64,000 bases of DNA. It comes from a virus. Position numbers and translations under genes: made by a program. Positions 9,345 through 19,483 of this stretch are shown in pieces. The notes below the pieces were generated by a model. The model was given only the letters and a program-made list of their open reading frames with translations. It had not been told where the DNA came from and did no database searches. Location of the stretch: the IMG/VR virus record IMGVR_UViG_3300024270_000061; one strand, 5' to 3'. Within the stretch, counting starts at the first letter, position 1, and each line of letters opens with the position of its first letter.

Positions 9345-9521
9345 CACGCGCTGCAATAACTCAATTCTTCCGGTTCTTTCTGCTGACAACAAGATCTGTG
9401 AAGTTCTTAATTGTCAGAATAAGCCAGTATGCAACGATAAATGCCCACATGTTTTGCTGCTGCAAAAGGCCAGCGAACACAATCGCTGCATCGATACCGA
9501 GAAGGAAGATAAGAAACTGGC

Positions 9522-9749
9522 TCACTTCTTATCACCCGTAATAGGCTGGCCATCGGCAAGCTTAGTGCAGATTTTGCAGAAAGCAATGACGTCTTCCAGT
9601 CTCTGTTCAACGGTTTTGCTTTCGTCGGTTGCCTTATCAAGAACAACCTTACACATAGCATATGCACCCTGCGCGACTCCTGCGGTATGTTGCTTTTGCA
9701 AGCCGCCCGTTACGACGCGCTTGAATACCTGATCGTTATGTTTTGCCAT
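9522..9749 (-). CDS. hypothetical small protein (75 aa)
   Basis: ATG ORF; no domain recognised. Confidence 0.35.
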   Translation of the reverse strand: MAKHNDQVFKRVVTGGLQKQHTAGVAQGAYAMCKVVLDKATDESKTVEQRLEDVIAFCKICTKLADGQPITGDKK

Positions 9750-9778
9750 GAATACCTCCGCAGCCTTATGACTGCTTA

Positions 9779-10144
9779 TTATGTATTATCAAAGTCCTCT
9801 GCAAGAAGTTCTGTCTCACAGAGATCGACTTCTCCTCGGAGCTTGTATTCTCCCTTGTTCGGAGAAACTTTGCATCCGGGAATAAAGCTGTCCATCAGCT
9901 TATCGAAACAGTCAATGCAGATATGCGCTTCAAGATGTGTCAGGTCATACTTGGAACCGTAGCCAACATGATAGTCAAAGCCAAAGTCCTCCTGCTCGTC
10001 CAGTTCATCAAACACCTTTCCGCACACATTACAGACCAATTTTGCCTTAAGCAATGGATTTCGCCTCACTTTCAGCCAATTTGGATTCCTGATCGTCAGG
10101 AGAAATCGCAATGATGTCCTCGAATAAAAACCGCATTTTATCAA
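9779..10144 (-). CDS. zinc-ribbon protein
   Basis: CNVCG ... CIDC cysteine pairs. Confidence 0.45.
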   Translation of the reverse strand: MIKCGFYSRTSLRFLLTIRNPNWLKVRRNPLLKAKLVCNVCGKVFDELDEQEDFGFDYHVGYGSKYDLTHLEAHICIDCFDKLMDSFIPGCKVSPNKGEYKLRGEVDLCETELLAEDFDNT

Positions 10145-10790
10145 TTACCTTATCGGTATGATAGTGGCCGCAGTACCATTTGTGATAATGCGTATTGTCC
10201 TCTATATGATCGAGCCATTCTTCAGTGCTGGTATCCACTGTGCTCTGGTCGATGCCGGAGAGGAACATTTCGGTTGGTATATATTTGAGGGGGCATGTGT
10301 GTGATAAAATCACATCAACATTGTGATTAAGGGAAGCAAGTTTCGCTTCCACTCTCGCCTTAGTTTCGTCATCAGGCTGTTCATCTGAGAACCACAGACG
10401 CCCGTTGCCAAGACGATAATACTTGTCTACGCTATAAGCACCGCCGCAAACAAGACATTTGTGACCAGCAAAGTCATAGATCGAACCATCTTTGGCAAAT
10501 ATGATGTTCGGATAGCTCTTCTGCATGTAGGCCATATCTCCATGGAATTCCACGAGTTCATACCCGAGCTCCACGCTTGGTCTTCGTTCATGATTGCCGT
10601 GAACACAAAAAAGTGTAATAGGCAATTTTGAAAGGCTCTTTTTGAAGTAATCATCCCGGTAATCACCAAGATAATTGATTCCTGCATCCCCAAGGATAAT
10701 CATAACATCGTTTGTGGTTGTATGATGCTTTCTGCAGAACCACTGAATGCGAGAAAAATCCCTGTGAGTATCGCCTGTAATATAGATCAT
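10047..10790 (-). CDS. calcineurin-like metallophosphoesterase
   Basis: GDTHRD, GDAGINY, GNHERR and GHYH motifs. Confidence 0.7.
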   Translation of the reverse strand: MIYITGDTHRDFSRIQWFCRKHHTTTNDVMIILGDAGINYLGDYRDDYFKKSLSKLPITLFCVHGNHERRPSVELGYELVEFHGDMAYMQKSYPNIIFAKDGSIYDFAGHKCLVCGGAYSVDKYYRLGNGRLWFSDEQPDDETKARVEAKLASLNHNVDVILSHTCPLKYIPTEMFLSGIDQSTVDTSTEEWLDHIEDNTHYHKWYCGHYHTDKVIDKMRFLFEDIIAISPDDQESKLAESEAKSIA

Positions 10791-10802
10791 CTGTCATCCC
10801 CC

Positions 10803-11003
10803 TTATTTCCGAGTGGAAGAGAGAACAATCACAGCGATGAGGAGCATAAAAAGAGAAATCCAAGTGGGAATCAAGACTGCCCACCACGACCAGCTGATAA
10901 CGTCAAAGAATTTCAAAACTGCGAGAACAATCTGAAGTACCAGAAGCACATCTGTTCCGCCAGAATCTTGACTTGTTTGATTCGTATTCAAGTTGCATAC
11001 CAT
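10803..11003 (-). CDS. small membrane protein (66 aa)
   Basis: Two hydrophobic helices. Confidence 0.4.
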   Translation of the reverse strand: MVCNLNTNQTSQDSGGTDVLLVLQIVLAVLKFFDVISWSWWAVLIPTWISLFMLLIAVIVLSSTRK

Positions 11004-11011
11004 CCTTTCAA

Positions 11012-14000
11012 TTACGCAGCAGCTTCTTCGTCTGCTCGTATATGTCGATATGAATTCAAGACGAAGTATTGGCCTTTCTCACGATCCCAGTCGATGGCAT
11101 ATATAATGTCATCTTTTTTGATTGGCGCAAGCTCATAGATTCGATTAAAAACGGTAAACCTGCTCTCGATGCCGCTGCCAATGGATTGAGTAAGAATACT
11201 GTAGCCGAATTGCTTTCCGTCTGATCTGCGTTTCAAGGGGTAAACCTCTTTGATGAACAGCTTGGGACGGTCTGCTTCTTTCCCAGATATGTATCCATTC
11301 TGCCCCATAATCTCACTGTAGTTCCTGACCTTTATAACATCATTCACGTCAGGCAGATTTGAAGCACGAATCAGTTCTTCGACTTCAGACAAGATTTCCA
11401 TGACGTTAGTCAAAGTATAGGACTTTGCCTCAGTTCCATCTTTTCTGAGCCATGTAGCATGACTGCGGACAGGATTTTCAAGAATAGTGCCATCTACTGC
11501 TTCTCTCTTCAAAGTTTTAGCAGAGCCTTGCTTAAAGTAATTGAACAGTTCCCACATCTTCATCAGCTCACGCTGATTTCCATACTGCTGGAAATAATCA
11601 ATCTTGATGAGCGGCTCGACTTTTGCCTTGACTCCTCTTTGATCGAGATCGAACAGAAGCGCCATGAAGTCTTTGTGCTGAATCTGAGCAGAGCCCCACA
11701 GATGCTTTCCAATTGATGCAGAAAAACCTTTGATTGTGCTGATGGACTCAGTGATCTGGTTATTATCTGAGGTTGCTACAATCGAACGATTGTCCTGTCC
11801 AAAGCGCATAGGAGGAAATTTGATATTGAAAAAACGCTTTGCTTCAGCCTTCGCTTCTGCAATCTTGTCCTTTTCGCCTCGGGAATCATAGAATTTCAGA
11901 AGAGTTTCATAGAGCTCAAGAGGATAGTGGGCTTTCATCCATGCAATATACAACGAATCGCAACTCACGCAATAGGAATGTGAAGCATTGAAAGAATATC
12001 GCGCAGAGTCTTCGATGATTTGCCAGAGCTTCTCAGCAATCTGCTCAGCCTCTGTCTCTTCTTTTCCTTCGTCTTCGATGATAGCTTTTCTAAAACCAGC
12101 AATGAATTTTTCCTTATAAGCCAGAACCTTCTTGGCTCGCTTCTTGGCAATATCTTTGATGGCGACATAGCATTCGGACATAGGAATACCAGCATAGTTC
12201 AAAGCTGCCATTTCCTGTTCTTGGTACAAGCAGAAAGAAAAAGGAAGTTCATCAGTCTTTAGGATGTTGTCGAATGCTTTTACGCCATACTCAAATGGCT
12301 TGCGCGATTCGAATGTTTTGTACATAGACTTAAAACCAGGTCGGATTGCCGCCACAAAAGCGCACAGCTCAGAAATGTTTCTTGGCTGATATGCCGTACA
12401 TCTCGCGGCAGTTCCTTTGCGCTCTACCTGATTGACCCCCATACAGCAGCCCTTCTGATAAATGTCCCATGCGGGATCTTCAGGAGGACACATGGCAAGA
12501 AGTTCATTGACGGTTGGAACAGCCATCCCTACACGTTCATAAGCCATATTGATGAGTTTGACAACGGATACTTTCAGAAGGTCGTTCTTCAGGAAGTGCC
12601 CTTCCTCTGCCCAGTGACCATCCATCATACAACAGATGTTGTCGTTAATTCGAATGAGGCCGATCTGACGGCGAATACTGCCGTCATAAAGAAGATAGCC
12701 GCATGGAGCAATGCTCCAAGAGTCTGTGATCCCTCGGTAGTCAGCGGACTTCGTAAAGATTTCCTTGTATTCATCGGAAATATAATCCATGATGTCAATA
12801 TCATCTTTGAAGTCTTCATCAGCCTGTTTAACGGCTTCCTCATATCGCCTGATCTGTTCAGAAACCGCATTTGCCTCATCGAATGAAACGCCTTGAGCTT
12901 TTGCATAGAGCTTCCATGCTTTAGAAGTCTTCATAGGATGATAAGAAATCATTGGATACGCATGGTCTTCTCCAAGAATTTCCTGCTGAGCTTTTGCAAA
13001 GGTAGGAGGATCGGCCATATTGAGGTCAATATCAGGAAGTGTACCAGCCTGCAGAATTCTTGTGGCAGTCATAAAGCGGTCAGGATACATCTTGACCTTT
13101 GCAGCAATTCTGTCTACTTCGGTAAAACCAAGAAGCATATTGGTAATGAAACTTACAGCGCTGCCTCTGCCTGTTTTCGTAAGCAGACCGCCCATTTCTT
13201 TTCCTCTTTTGACAATCTCATGGTCAATAAGGAAGTAATCTGCCATATGACATTCTTTAACAGAATCAATCTCACTCTGAATTTCTGATTCATAGTGAGC
13301 ATGAAGCTCTTCAGGCACACTTGGCTTGTATTTTTCCCAGCCTTGCCATACGGTTCGCTCATATGCTTCGTCTCTTTGTTCCTGTGTCCAACCCTTCATT
13401 CTCGGAAGGGTTGGCAGCTTTAGACTCGTATCGAAAATCTCTGAATCATATGTCTCAACGTCCATGAATACGTTTGTATTGGACATTGCTTCATCGATTT
13501 GCGCAGCCGTAAGAACACCCTGTTGTAGGAAACGGTTATACGCCTCATCTCCATCTGGATAATCAAGGAACCACCCTTCTTCATCCTCGTAGCTAATGCC
13601 CTTCGAGAGGAGGAAATCGTCTCTATCTTGACTTTGCTGCGGAAGAATGTAGTGAGAGTCACATCCCATGATAATAGGAATCTTCAGTCTTTCACGAACT
13701 TGAAGAATTCGTTGGTTGAGTTGCTTCTGGGCGTCTGTCAAATGGTACTGCACTTCCAGAAAAAAGTTCTTTCCGAAGTGCTGCGACAGTTCTGCAATGA
13801 TGTTTTCAATGTCAGCATATTTCCAGAAGGCAACGCAAGCACTGGTAACAATGACATCGTTCTTCGGCAGCGATAGGAGCAATGGAATATCGATTCTTGG
13901 GCGCTTGTAGAAGCCCGTCAGATTTGCCTCAGACAGGATGTCATTGATGCACTGGCGGCCATTTTCATTTCGAGCTCCGATATAAATATGGCCGTTTGTT

Positions 14001-14248
14001 GGATCGGGCAGAGTCCTGTCTTTGACCCAATAGGCTTCAGCACCAAAGACAAACTTCAGATTGTGTTGCTGAGCCAGATTGTAACCTTCAATGTAACATC
14101 CCTGATTTCCATGTTCCATGGTAGAGATAATTCCATGGCCGAGCTCCAATGCTCGTTTGGCATAGTCTTCATTTGAAACCGTGGAATCAGGAACTACTAC
14201 ATTCGTTTTGTATGTATGACGATGGTAGTTCTGAAAAATGCGAGCTAT
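11012..14248 (-). CDS. dnaE: DNA polymerase III alpha-type (DnaE-like) replicase with PHP domain; true N-terminus lies upstream of the tracked TTG at 14149
   Basis: About 1045 aa. The pol frame stays open upstream of 14149 and encodes YHRHTYKTNVVVPDSTVSNEDYAKRALELGHGIISTMEHGNQG (PHP motifs HxH, DS, ELG..TDHG-like). There is no ATG/GTG/TTG between the in-frame stop at 14288-14290 and 14149. Confidence 0.85.
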   Translation of the reverse strand: MARIFQNYHRHTYKTNVVVPDSTVSNEDYAKRALELGHGIISTMEHGNQGCYIEGYNLAQQHNLKFVFGAEAYWVKDRTLPDPTNGHIYIGARNENGRQCINDILSEANLTGFYKRPRIDIPLLLSLPKNDVIVTSACVAFWKYADIENIIAELSQHFGKNFFLEVQYHLTDAQKQLNQRILQVRERLKIPIIMGCDSHYILPQQSQDRDDFLLSKGISYEDEEGWFLDYPDGDEAYNRFLQQGVLTAAQIDEAMSNTNVFMDVETYDSEIFDTSLKLPTLPRMKGWTQEQRDEAYERTVWQGWEKYKPSVPEELHAHYESEIQSEIDSVKECHMADYFLIDHEIVKRGKEMGGLLTKTGRGSAVSFITNMLLGFTEVDRIAAKVKMYPDRFMTATRILQAGTLPDIDLNMADPPTFAKAQQEILGEDHAYPMISYHPMKTSKAWKLYAKAQGVSFDEANAVSEQIRRYEEAVKQADEDFKDDIDIMDYISDEYKEIFTKSADYRGITDSWSIAPCGYLLYDGSIRRQIGLIRINDNICCMMDGHWAEEGHFLKNDLLKVSVVKLINMAYERVGMAVPTVNELLAMCPPEDPAWDIYQKGCCMGVNQVERKGTAARCTAYQPRNISELCAFVAAIRPGFKSMYKTFESRKPFEYGVKAFDNILKTDELPFSFCLYQEQEMAALNYAGIPMSECYVAIKDIAKKRAKKVLAYKEKFIAGFRKAIIEDEGKEETEAEQIAEKLWQIIEDSARYSFNASHSYCVSCDSLYIAWMKAHYPLELYETLLKFYDSRGEKDKIAEAKAEAKRFFNIKFPPMRFGQDNRSIVATSDNNQITESISTIKGFSASIGKHLWGSAQIQHKDFMALLFDLDQRGVKAKVEPLIKIDYFQQYGNQRELMKMWELFNYFKQGSAKTLKREAVDGTILENPVRSHATWLRKDGTEAKSYTLTNVMEILSEVEELIRASNLPDVNDVIKVRNYSEIMGQNGYISGKEADRPKLFIKEVYPLKRRSDGKQFGYSILTQSIGSGIESRFTVFNRIYELAPIKKDDIIYAIDWDREKGQYFVLNSYRHIRADEEAAA

Positions 14249-15246
14249 GACAAGCGCCTCCTTTCGCTGTAGAGCTTTTTGAATACTTCAAGTCCTTGGT
14301 CAGTAGGAGAGTCTTTATCTGGCAGCAAATTTCCGATGTTTTTCACCCATTCAACGCGGGCATATTGAGCCAGCTTCATAATGTTCTTATCCTTGGTGAT
14401 GTCTACGTCGGAATCCAAGGCAAAGACGATCCGAATCCCATGCCACGAACTCAGCTTCAACAAAAATTGATATTGATTTGGGCTAAGATGTGAGGTGAGG
14501 ATCGCAGATGTATTCAAATATCCCCACCCGGCCATCTTCAGACAGCTCTTTGCGCCTTCAAACAAGATGATTTCCTTGGATTGCATGATGGCATCTTTGT
14601 TATCTGAAAACCCGTAAAGAGTATCAACAGTACCAATTTCTTGAAAGTATGTATACTTCCGAATTTTCTTCGCTTTGAAATCCGGATCGCAGGTTCGACC
14701 GCAAACGCTGATGATATTGCCGTCATAATCTCTGATAGGATATACAATACGGTTATCAAAAGCATCGTATCGGATACTGTATTTACGCATGATGTCCCAG
14801 CTGATACCTTCATCTGCCCATATCTTGAGCTTGTCTTTACGAAACTCGTACCGATCCATATAGTTCGGAGGCAAAGGCTTGGCCGTCGCAATTGCCCGTG
14901 GCTTTACTCGATTGCGGTATTGCCTGGCGATTCTTGTTGCTTCCAGCCGGTGAGCAATTGTTCCATCCTGCTCGGATATGTTTGCGTACTTTCTCAAAAT
15001 ATTGACTGCGCCTTTTACCGAGACATTTTCATGTCTCATGACGAAATCAATAAGGTTTCCCCCAACCCCTGCGCTGAAGTCATACCAGAATCCTTTCTCG
15101 GGATTCAATGAAAATGAAGGAGTGTTTTCATCCTTAAATGGACTCAATCCCCACAGTTCGCCGCCTTTCTCTTCGAGATCGACGAACTGGGATATATATT
15201 CTGCAATGTCGATAGCCTCGATAATATCGGCGACTTCCATAGGCAT
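14245..15246 (-). CDS. dnaG: DnaG-like primase with Toprim domain and a cysteine-less zinc-ribbon remnant
   Basis: LSPFKDENTPSFSLNPEKGFWYDFSAGVGGNLIDFV matches DnaG CPFHDEKTPSF...CFGCG with Cys replaced. Toprim EIILFEGAKS and ALDSDVD. Confidence 0.8.
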   Translation of the reverse strand: MPMEVADIIEAIDIAEYISQFVDLEEKGGELWGLSPFKDENTPSFSLNPEKGFWYDFSAGVGGNLIDFVMRHENVSVKGAVNILRKYANISEQDGTIAHRLEATRIARQYRNRVKPRAIATAKPLPPNYMDRYEFRKDKLKIWADEGISWDIMRKYSIRYDAFDNRIVYPIRDYDGNIISVCGRTCDPDFKAKKIRKYTYFQEIGTVDTLYGFSDNKDAIMQSKEIILFEGAKSCLKMAGWGYLNTSAILTSHLSPNQYQFLLKLSSWHGIRIVFALDSDVDITKDKNIMKLAQYARVEWVKNIGNLLPDKDSPTDQGLEVFKKLYSERRRLS

Positions 15247-15253
15247 AACCTCC

Positions 15254-16603
15254 TTAGAACGGACTTACGGGACTGTGTTGCTGTGCTTCTTCATAGAGAA
15301 CGATGTCGCCTCTGAACATCATATCGATATATTCTCCGTCGCTCATCTGAGCGCCGTTTCGATTAAACTTCACAACCAACTTCTTGTTTCCACATGCTTC
15401 TCCGTCAGACGCTAATTCCTCTGGAGCTTTATCCTGAAGCATGATGATAGTGGAAGCATTTCTGGCAATTTTAGCACTGTCTGCCAATTTGCCAGTTGAA
15501 GTTGCCTGCGCTGCGCCGATGCCGGCAATGTTCATATCGCCACAAACTTTGTTCTTTATCATATCTACTAATCCACCAAGAGACTGATAGGTGGCAAAAG
15601 CCTCTTTATCGTCTCCGCCTTTGAAATAGTCGATGATGAGAACGTCAATTCCCTGTGTGTGATAAACCTTTTTGATAGTGGTATAGATGCTTTGCTCATC
15701 GAAGATGGGCATATAGATGTGGGTAAAATCCCTCGTCTTAAGCCATGCGATTGCTTCATCAATCTTTCTGGATTCTTCTTCGTCGTAGCGTCCAGATCGG
15801 ACTCTGCGAAATTCAATACCCGTAAGATGGGAAATCATTCGGCAAGTAAACAAACGAGAATTCAATTCGCTGTCCAGATAAAGGACTTTGTGTCCGTTTT
15901 TCATAAGATCAACGGCACAGTTAAGCAACAACATACTCTTGCCTTGCTTTTGTTCTGCACCAAAGATAACAAGCTCGCCACGTTCAATCATGACATAATC
16001 ATTCAGATGTTGAAATTTGAAAGGAAAAACTCCCGCTGCTCCGGGAGTTTGACGAGCTTTTATTTCATCGTAGTATTTTTCAACTACATCTCCATATCGG
16101 GGAATCTCTGATGCAGTTGAAAACTCCATCATTACACCATCGAGCGTGGCATAAATCTGTTGCTCAATGCACCCCTCTGTTCCTTGAACACAGAGACGTT
16201 CACATTCAACGAGTTTTTCATATGTATGTCTGCGGAAAGCCGAATCGAGCACTGCATCAACGATAACCTTATACGCTTCTGGACTCGACCGCGCAATCAA
16301 TTTGGCGTCTTCGATTAGTTCCTGCAGAGATTGTGCGGTAATAATGGCATTTACATCGTCGCCAACATGCTGAGTACCTTTCTTCATATTGAGGAAATTG
16401 ATGATACTGTAAGCGTCTACCGTTTCGACATTCCGCTTTGCCAATTCTCGAACCGCATAATAAACATATGCGTTCTGAGGATTTGTGAAATGATTGGGCT
16501 GGAGCTGTTCTGAATGGAACGTCAGCTCTGGCTTGAGCAAAACTGACGCCACAGCGCCAGCCTCAGCCTCAATATTCCTGATGTCCTTTGCATTCATTGT
16601 CAC
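15254..16603 (-). CDS. dnaB: DnaB-family replicative helicase
   Basis: Walker A GAEQKQGKS, a DnaB N-terminal domain and RecA-like C-terminus. Confidence 0.9.
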   Translation of the reverse strand: MTMNAKDIRNIEAEAGAVASVLLKPELTFHSEQLQPNHFTNPQNAYVYYAVRELAKRNVETVDAYSIINFLNMKKGTQHVGDDVNAIITAQSLQELIEDAKLIARSSPEAYKVIVDAVLDSAFRRHTYEKLVECERLCVQGTEGCIEQQIYATLDGVMMEFSTASEIPRYGDVVEKYYDEIKARQTPGAAGVFPFKFQHLNDYVMIERGELVIFGAEQKQGKSMLLLNCAVDLMKNGHKVLYLDSELNSRLFTCRMISHLTGIEFRRVRSGRYDEEESRKIDEAIAWLKTRDFTHIYMPIFDEQSIYTTIKKVYHTQGIDVLIIDYFKGGDDKEAFATYQSLGGLVDMIKNKVCGDMNIAGIGAAQATSTGKLADSAKIARNASTIIMLQDKAPEELASDGEACGNKKLVVKFNRNGAQMSDGEYIDMMFRGDIVLYEEAQQHSPVSPF

Positions 16604-16636
16604 AGTGCCTCCGTGAGATGCAAAAGCTCACTGATT

Positions 16637-17410
16637 TTAGCTTTGCATCGCGTAATATTCGCAACTGTCATGGACATCACAAATGTGCTTACAGAAGTAA
16701 TAGTCCATGTTCGGGCTAAAATCATCAGCGTGAATGATTTTTTCAATAGATTGATTTGCCCAGTCTTTTGCTGCCTGGAAAGCAGCGGAAGAGAAAGGTT
16801 CACGAATAACCGTACCCGTGCGATAACAGTTAAACATGAGATATGAGGGCAAAACACCGTAGATTTGTTCTACGGGGATTGAATACAGGTAGAGCTGTCT
16901 GAGATAGCGATCCAATTCTTCATCCGACTTTGTGTATTTGCCTCGTGTACTGCGTGTTTTCAAAGATCTGGACTTGTGATCCAGAATGGTTATATCTCCG
17001 TTTTCTTCATCCTGAAGAAGCAGATCGATATATCCGATAAAGGGATAGCCTCCCACCTGAAAGGAAACATGGTTTTCTACGCCAAGAATGTTTTGCTTTG
17101 GTTTGACCAAGCCTTTCAGATGGGATAAGCCCTGTTGAAAATAATTGCTGAAAATCTTTTGATCGGGTGCCTTTCCTACAACATGACTTCTGAACCCCGT
17201 CAGATATTCTCTGATGACTTCCTCCTTCGTTCTCTGGCCACTATAATAAGCAGCAAGCAATTCATGAATAAAGCTGCCGTACCCCGAGAAGAACTGAGGA
17301 ATCTTATCACATGGGTCAATGTACGTCAGGAAAAACTTGTATGGGCAACTATTGAAAGATGAAATCCTCGAATAGCTCCATGTCATCCCCGAAGTTATCA
17401 GCGAGTACAT
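16637..17410 (-). CDS. PD-(D/E)XK nuclease, Cas4/RecB-like with a C-terminal Fe-S cysteine cluster
   Basis: N-terminal SYSRISSFNSCPYKFFL; IDLL..DEENGDITILDHKS; C-terminal CKHICDVHDSC. Confidence 0.65.
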   Translation of the reverse strand: MYSLITSGMTWSYSRISSFNSCPYKFFLTYIDPCDKIPQFFSGYGSFIHELLAAYYSGQRTKEEVIREYLTGFRSHVVGKAPDQKIFSNYFQQGLSHLKGLVKPKQNILGVENHVSFQVGGYPFIGYIDLLLQDEENGDITILDHKSRSLKTRSTRGKYTKSDEELDRYLRQLYLYSIPVEQIYGVLPSYLMFNCYRTGTVIREPFSSAAFQAAKDWANQSIEKIIHADDFSPNMDYYFCKHICDVHDSCEYYAMQS

Positions 17411-17413
17411 TGA

Positions 17414-17785
17414 TTAGAAGGGAGGCTCGCCTTCGTCGTTCTCTCCCTCAATCGGATTACTGGCTACTTGGCCGCCAGCTGGCTTAGCGGAACCAGCAGC
17501 ATCTGCCATTTCAAAGTCAAACACCTTGAAGTTGACATATTCCTTCTGCTTGTCCTTGTCGTAGGAATTGCTGACATCAACATCGCCCAGTTTGATACGA
17601 TCCTTTTCCTTCAGGCGAGCCGCCTTGGCGTGTGCCTGAGAAATGAAGGTACAGTAGCCGGCGAAATCTTGTTCGTACTGACCATCCTTATTCTTACGGC
17701 TGATAGACAGACGAACCTTGGTGAAATTGCCCTTACCGGGCTCAACTGACCAGACTGATGCAAATGCACCATTTCGGAAACCCAT
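17414..17785 (-). CDS. ssb: single-stranded DNA-binding protein (short OB-fold SSB)
   Basis: OB-fold pattern and an acidic C-terminal tail ending DEGEPPF (cf. DDDIPF). Confidence 0.7.
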   Translation of the reverse strand: MGFRNGAFASVWSVEPGKGNFTKVRLSISRKNKDGQYEQDFAGYCTFISQAHAKAARLKEKDRIKLGDVDVSNSYDKDKQKEYVNFKVFDFEMADAAGSAKPAGGQVASNPIEGENDEGEPPF

Positions 17786-17912
17786 AGCTGAATTCTCCTT
17801 TTATGTATTTATTTTCCACCCATGCCGACCCAAACACCCAATAGGAAGTAGGCCGACATCATGAGAAGGAACCATAGAAAATCCCAGTCGCTTTTCTTCA
17901 TGCGCAAGAGGA

Positions 17913-18674
17913 TCACCCTTTACACAAGGCAGTGAGTTCCTCCAGCAACTTGCCAGCCGCGACGGGATCGGTGATGAAATTGTAGTTGACGGAAGCCTTA
18001 CCCTTGGAATCCTTGGCGTACTTCTTGGTGATGTCATAGATCTTCTGACGGTCTTCTTCATGACTGGCGATATGTTCGGAAACCATAGCGTGTACTTGCT
18101 CAATGATCGACTTGGCAATTTCACGATTCTCGGTTTCCTCTGCTTCCTTCTGCAGAGAACGCCAGTTATCGGGATCATCATCAGAGGTTGCAACGTTGAA
18201 ATACTTCAGCATGAAGTAACGCGCAGAATAGGACAGGCCAGAACCAAACGCCTGAGAAGCGTCACCCTGCTGCCCGACCAGCGTCCACGGGACGATGATG
18301 CGGTCGGTAGGATTGTCGTTATTGACCCAGTGCCATTCCATGTCTGCCTTGATAAGGATTTCGTTGACCTTTTCTTCGAAAACCTTGCCATCCTTGGTGG
18401 TTTTTGTTTTCGTGTAGCCATACGGATGAACCTCAGTGCTTCCATGAACAATGTTCGGAATGAGGGAAACACCATATTTCTCCATCAGGCCAGTGATTTT
18501 TGCCAGGATCAGATCTTCGGTGACATACCGATAGCCGTAGCCAGCTTTATTCTTCTGAAGAATCTCAACGGGCTTTCTGATCTTGGCGAGCTTTTGATAG
18601 ATATTCATCTGTTCAGTATGCTCTGCCATATGTACTCCTTTACTCAACAGCAAGCAATGACTTGAAGTTGTCAA
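17913..18674 (-). CDS. erf: ERF-family single-strand annealing protein
   Basis: NIYQKLAKI...YGYRYVTEDLIL and AFGSGLSYSARYFMLKYF resemble P22 Erf. The real start is probably the internal MAEHTEQ. Confidence 0.75.
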   Translation of the reverse strand: MTTSSHCLLLSKGVHMAEHTEQMNIYQKLAKIRKPVEILQKNKAGYGYRYVTEDLILAKITGLMEKYGVSLIPNIVHGSTEVHPYGYTKTKTTKDGKVFEEKVNEILIKADMEWHWVNNDNPTDRIIVPWTLVGQQGDASQAFGSGLSYSARYFMLKYFNVATSDDDPDNWRSLQKEAEETENREIAKSIIEQVHAMVSEHIASHEEDRQKIYDITKKYAKDSKGKASVNYNFITDPVAAGKLLEELTALCKG

Positions 18675-18915
18675 TGACTCGCTGATTTTTACCCTGAGCT
18701 GCTACCAATCCATCCTTGGTAGCATCAAGCTCTTTCTGATAGTCATCGATTTCGCCGATGGTTCTCTGGATATTCGCATCGAGCGCACTCAGACTGTCGA
18801 TGGTCGAAGTAACCAGAGATACGGCTTTGTCAAACTGAGAGGTGTATGAAGCCAATGCCTTGCGCTTTTGCTCAAGAACATCCTTGGCTTCAAGTTTCTT
18901 TGCAGCCAATGCCAT
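18640..18915 (-). CDS. hypothetical coiled-coil protein (91 aa)
   Basis: Heptad-like composition. Confidence 0.4.
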   Translation of the reverse strand: MALAAKKLEAKDVLEQKRKALASYTSQFDKAVSLVTSTIDSLSALDANIQRTIGEIDDYQKELDATKDGLVAAQGKNQRVIDNFKSLLAVE

Positions 18916-18919
18916 TTAC

Positions 18920-19483
18920 TCACTTCCCTTCAATTAAAAATGACGCTGCCTCGTCGGCAACGTGAACCAACCATGCAAGCGGATATTGTTCATAGGCATC
19001 CCGGACGTAAGTGTTCCCGTCCCAGCTGCCCATATGGCAGTTGATAGCAACCGCCTCTTCCGCAGTAAGCCTGATGAAGCGTTCAATGAGGAACACAGAT
19101 TTGCTCCCGTGTCCGCCGTAATGGAATTTTTCTTCGATTGTATAGCAAGGAACACTTGTCCATTTGCCATCCACCTTTACATTCCTCGCATCCTGCTTAT
19201 ACATTCCAATTTTGCAGAAATCGTGGAAGAGGGAAACAATCGCAATAGATTCATTGCTGAATTTGTCTTCCAGCTCATAAGCCTTTACAAGTCTGCAGAG
19301 CTCATCGTATACATTGAGGGAATGCTGAAGCAATCCTCCCGATTCTGAGAGGTGGAATCTGGTGCTCGCAGGTGCAATATAGAAGTCATTCTTTTCAAGA
19401 GCTTCCAGAAGAGCATTGATGCCCTCACGATGAATATGCTCGCGGCAAATTGCCAGGAATCTCTCTTTATTCGTTTCCGACAT
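18920..19483 (-). CDS. HD-domain phosphohydrolase
   Basis: H...LFHDFCKIG HD motif. Confidence 0.6.
   Translation of the reverse strand: MSETNKERFLAICREHIHREGINALLEALEKNDFYIAPASTRFHLSESGGLLQHSLNVYDELCRLVKAYELEDKFSNESIAIVSLFHDFCKIGMYKQDARNVKVDGKWTSVPCYTIEEKFHYGGHGSKSVFLIERFIRLTAEEAVAINCHMGSWDGNTYVRDAYEQYPLAWLVHVADEAASFLIEGK

Noticed and set aside
17801-18193. 130-aa minus ORF and a possible 30-aa TM peptide (17809-17901) between ssb and erf
   Set aside because: The 130-aa ORF overlaps erf out of frame. The 30-aa hydrophobic peptide is plausible but unsupported, so it is not called.
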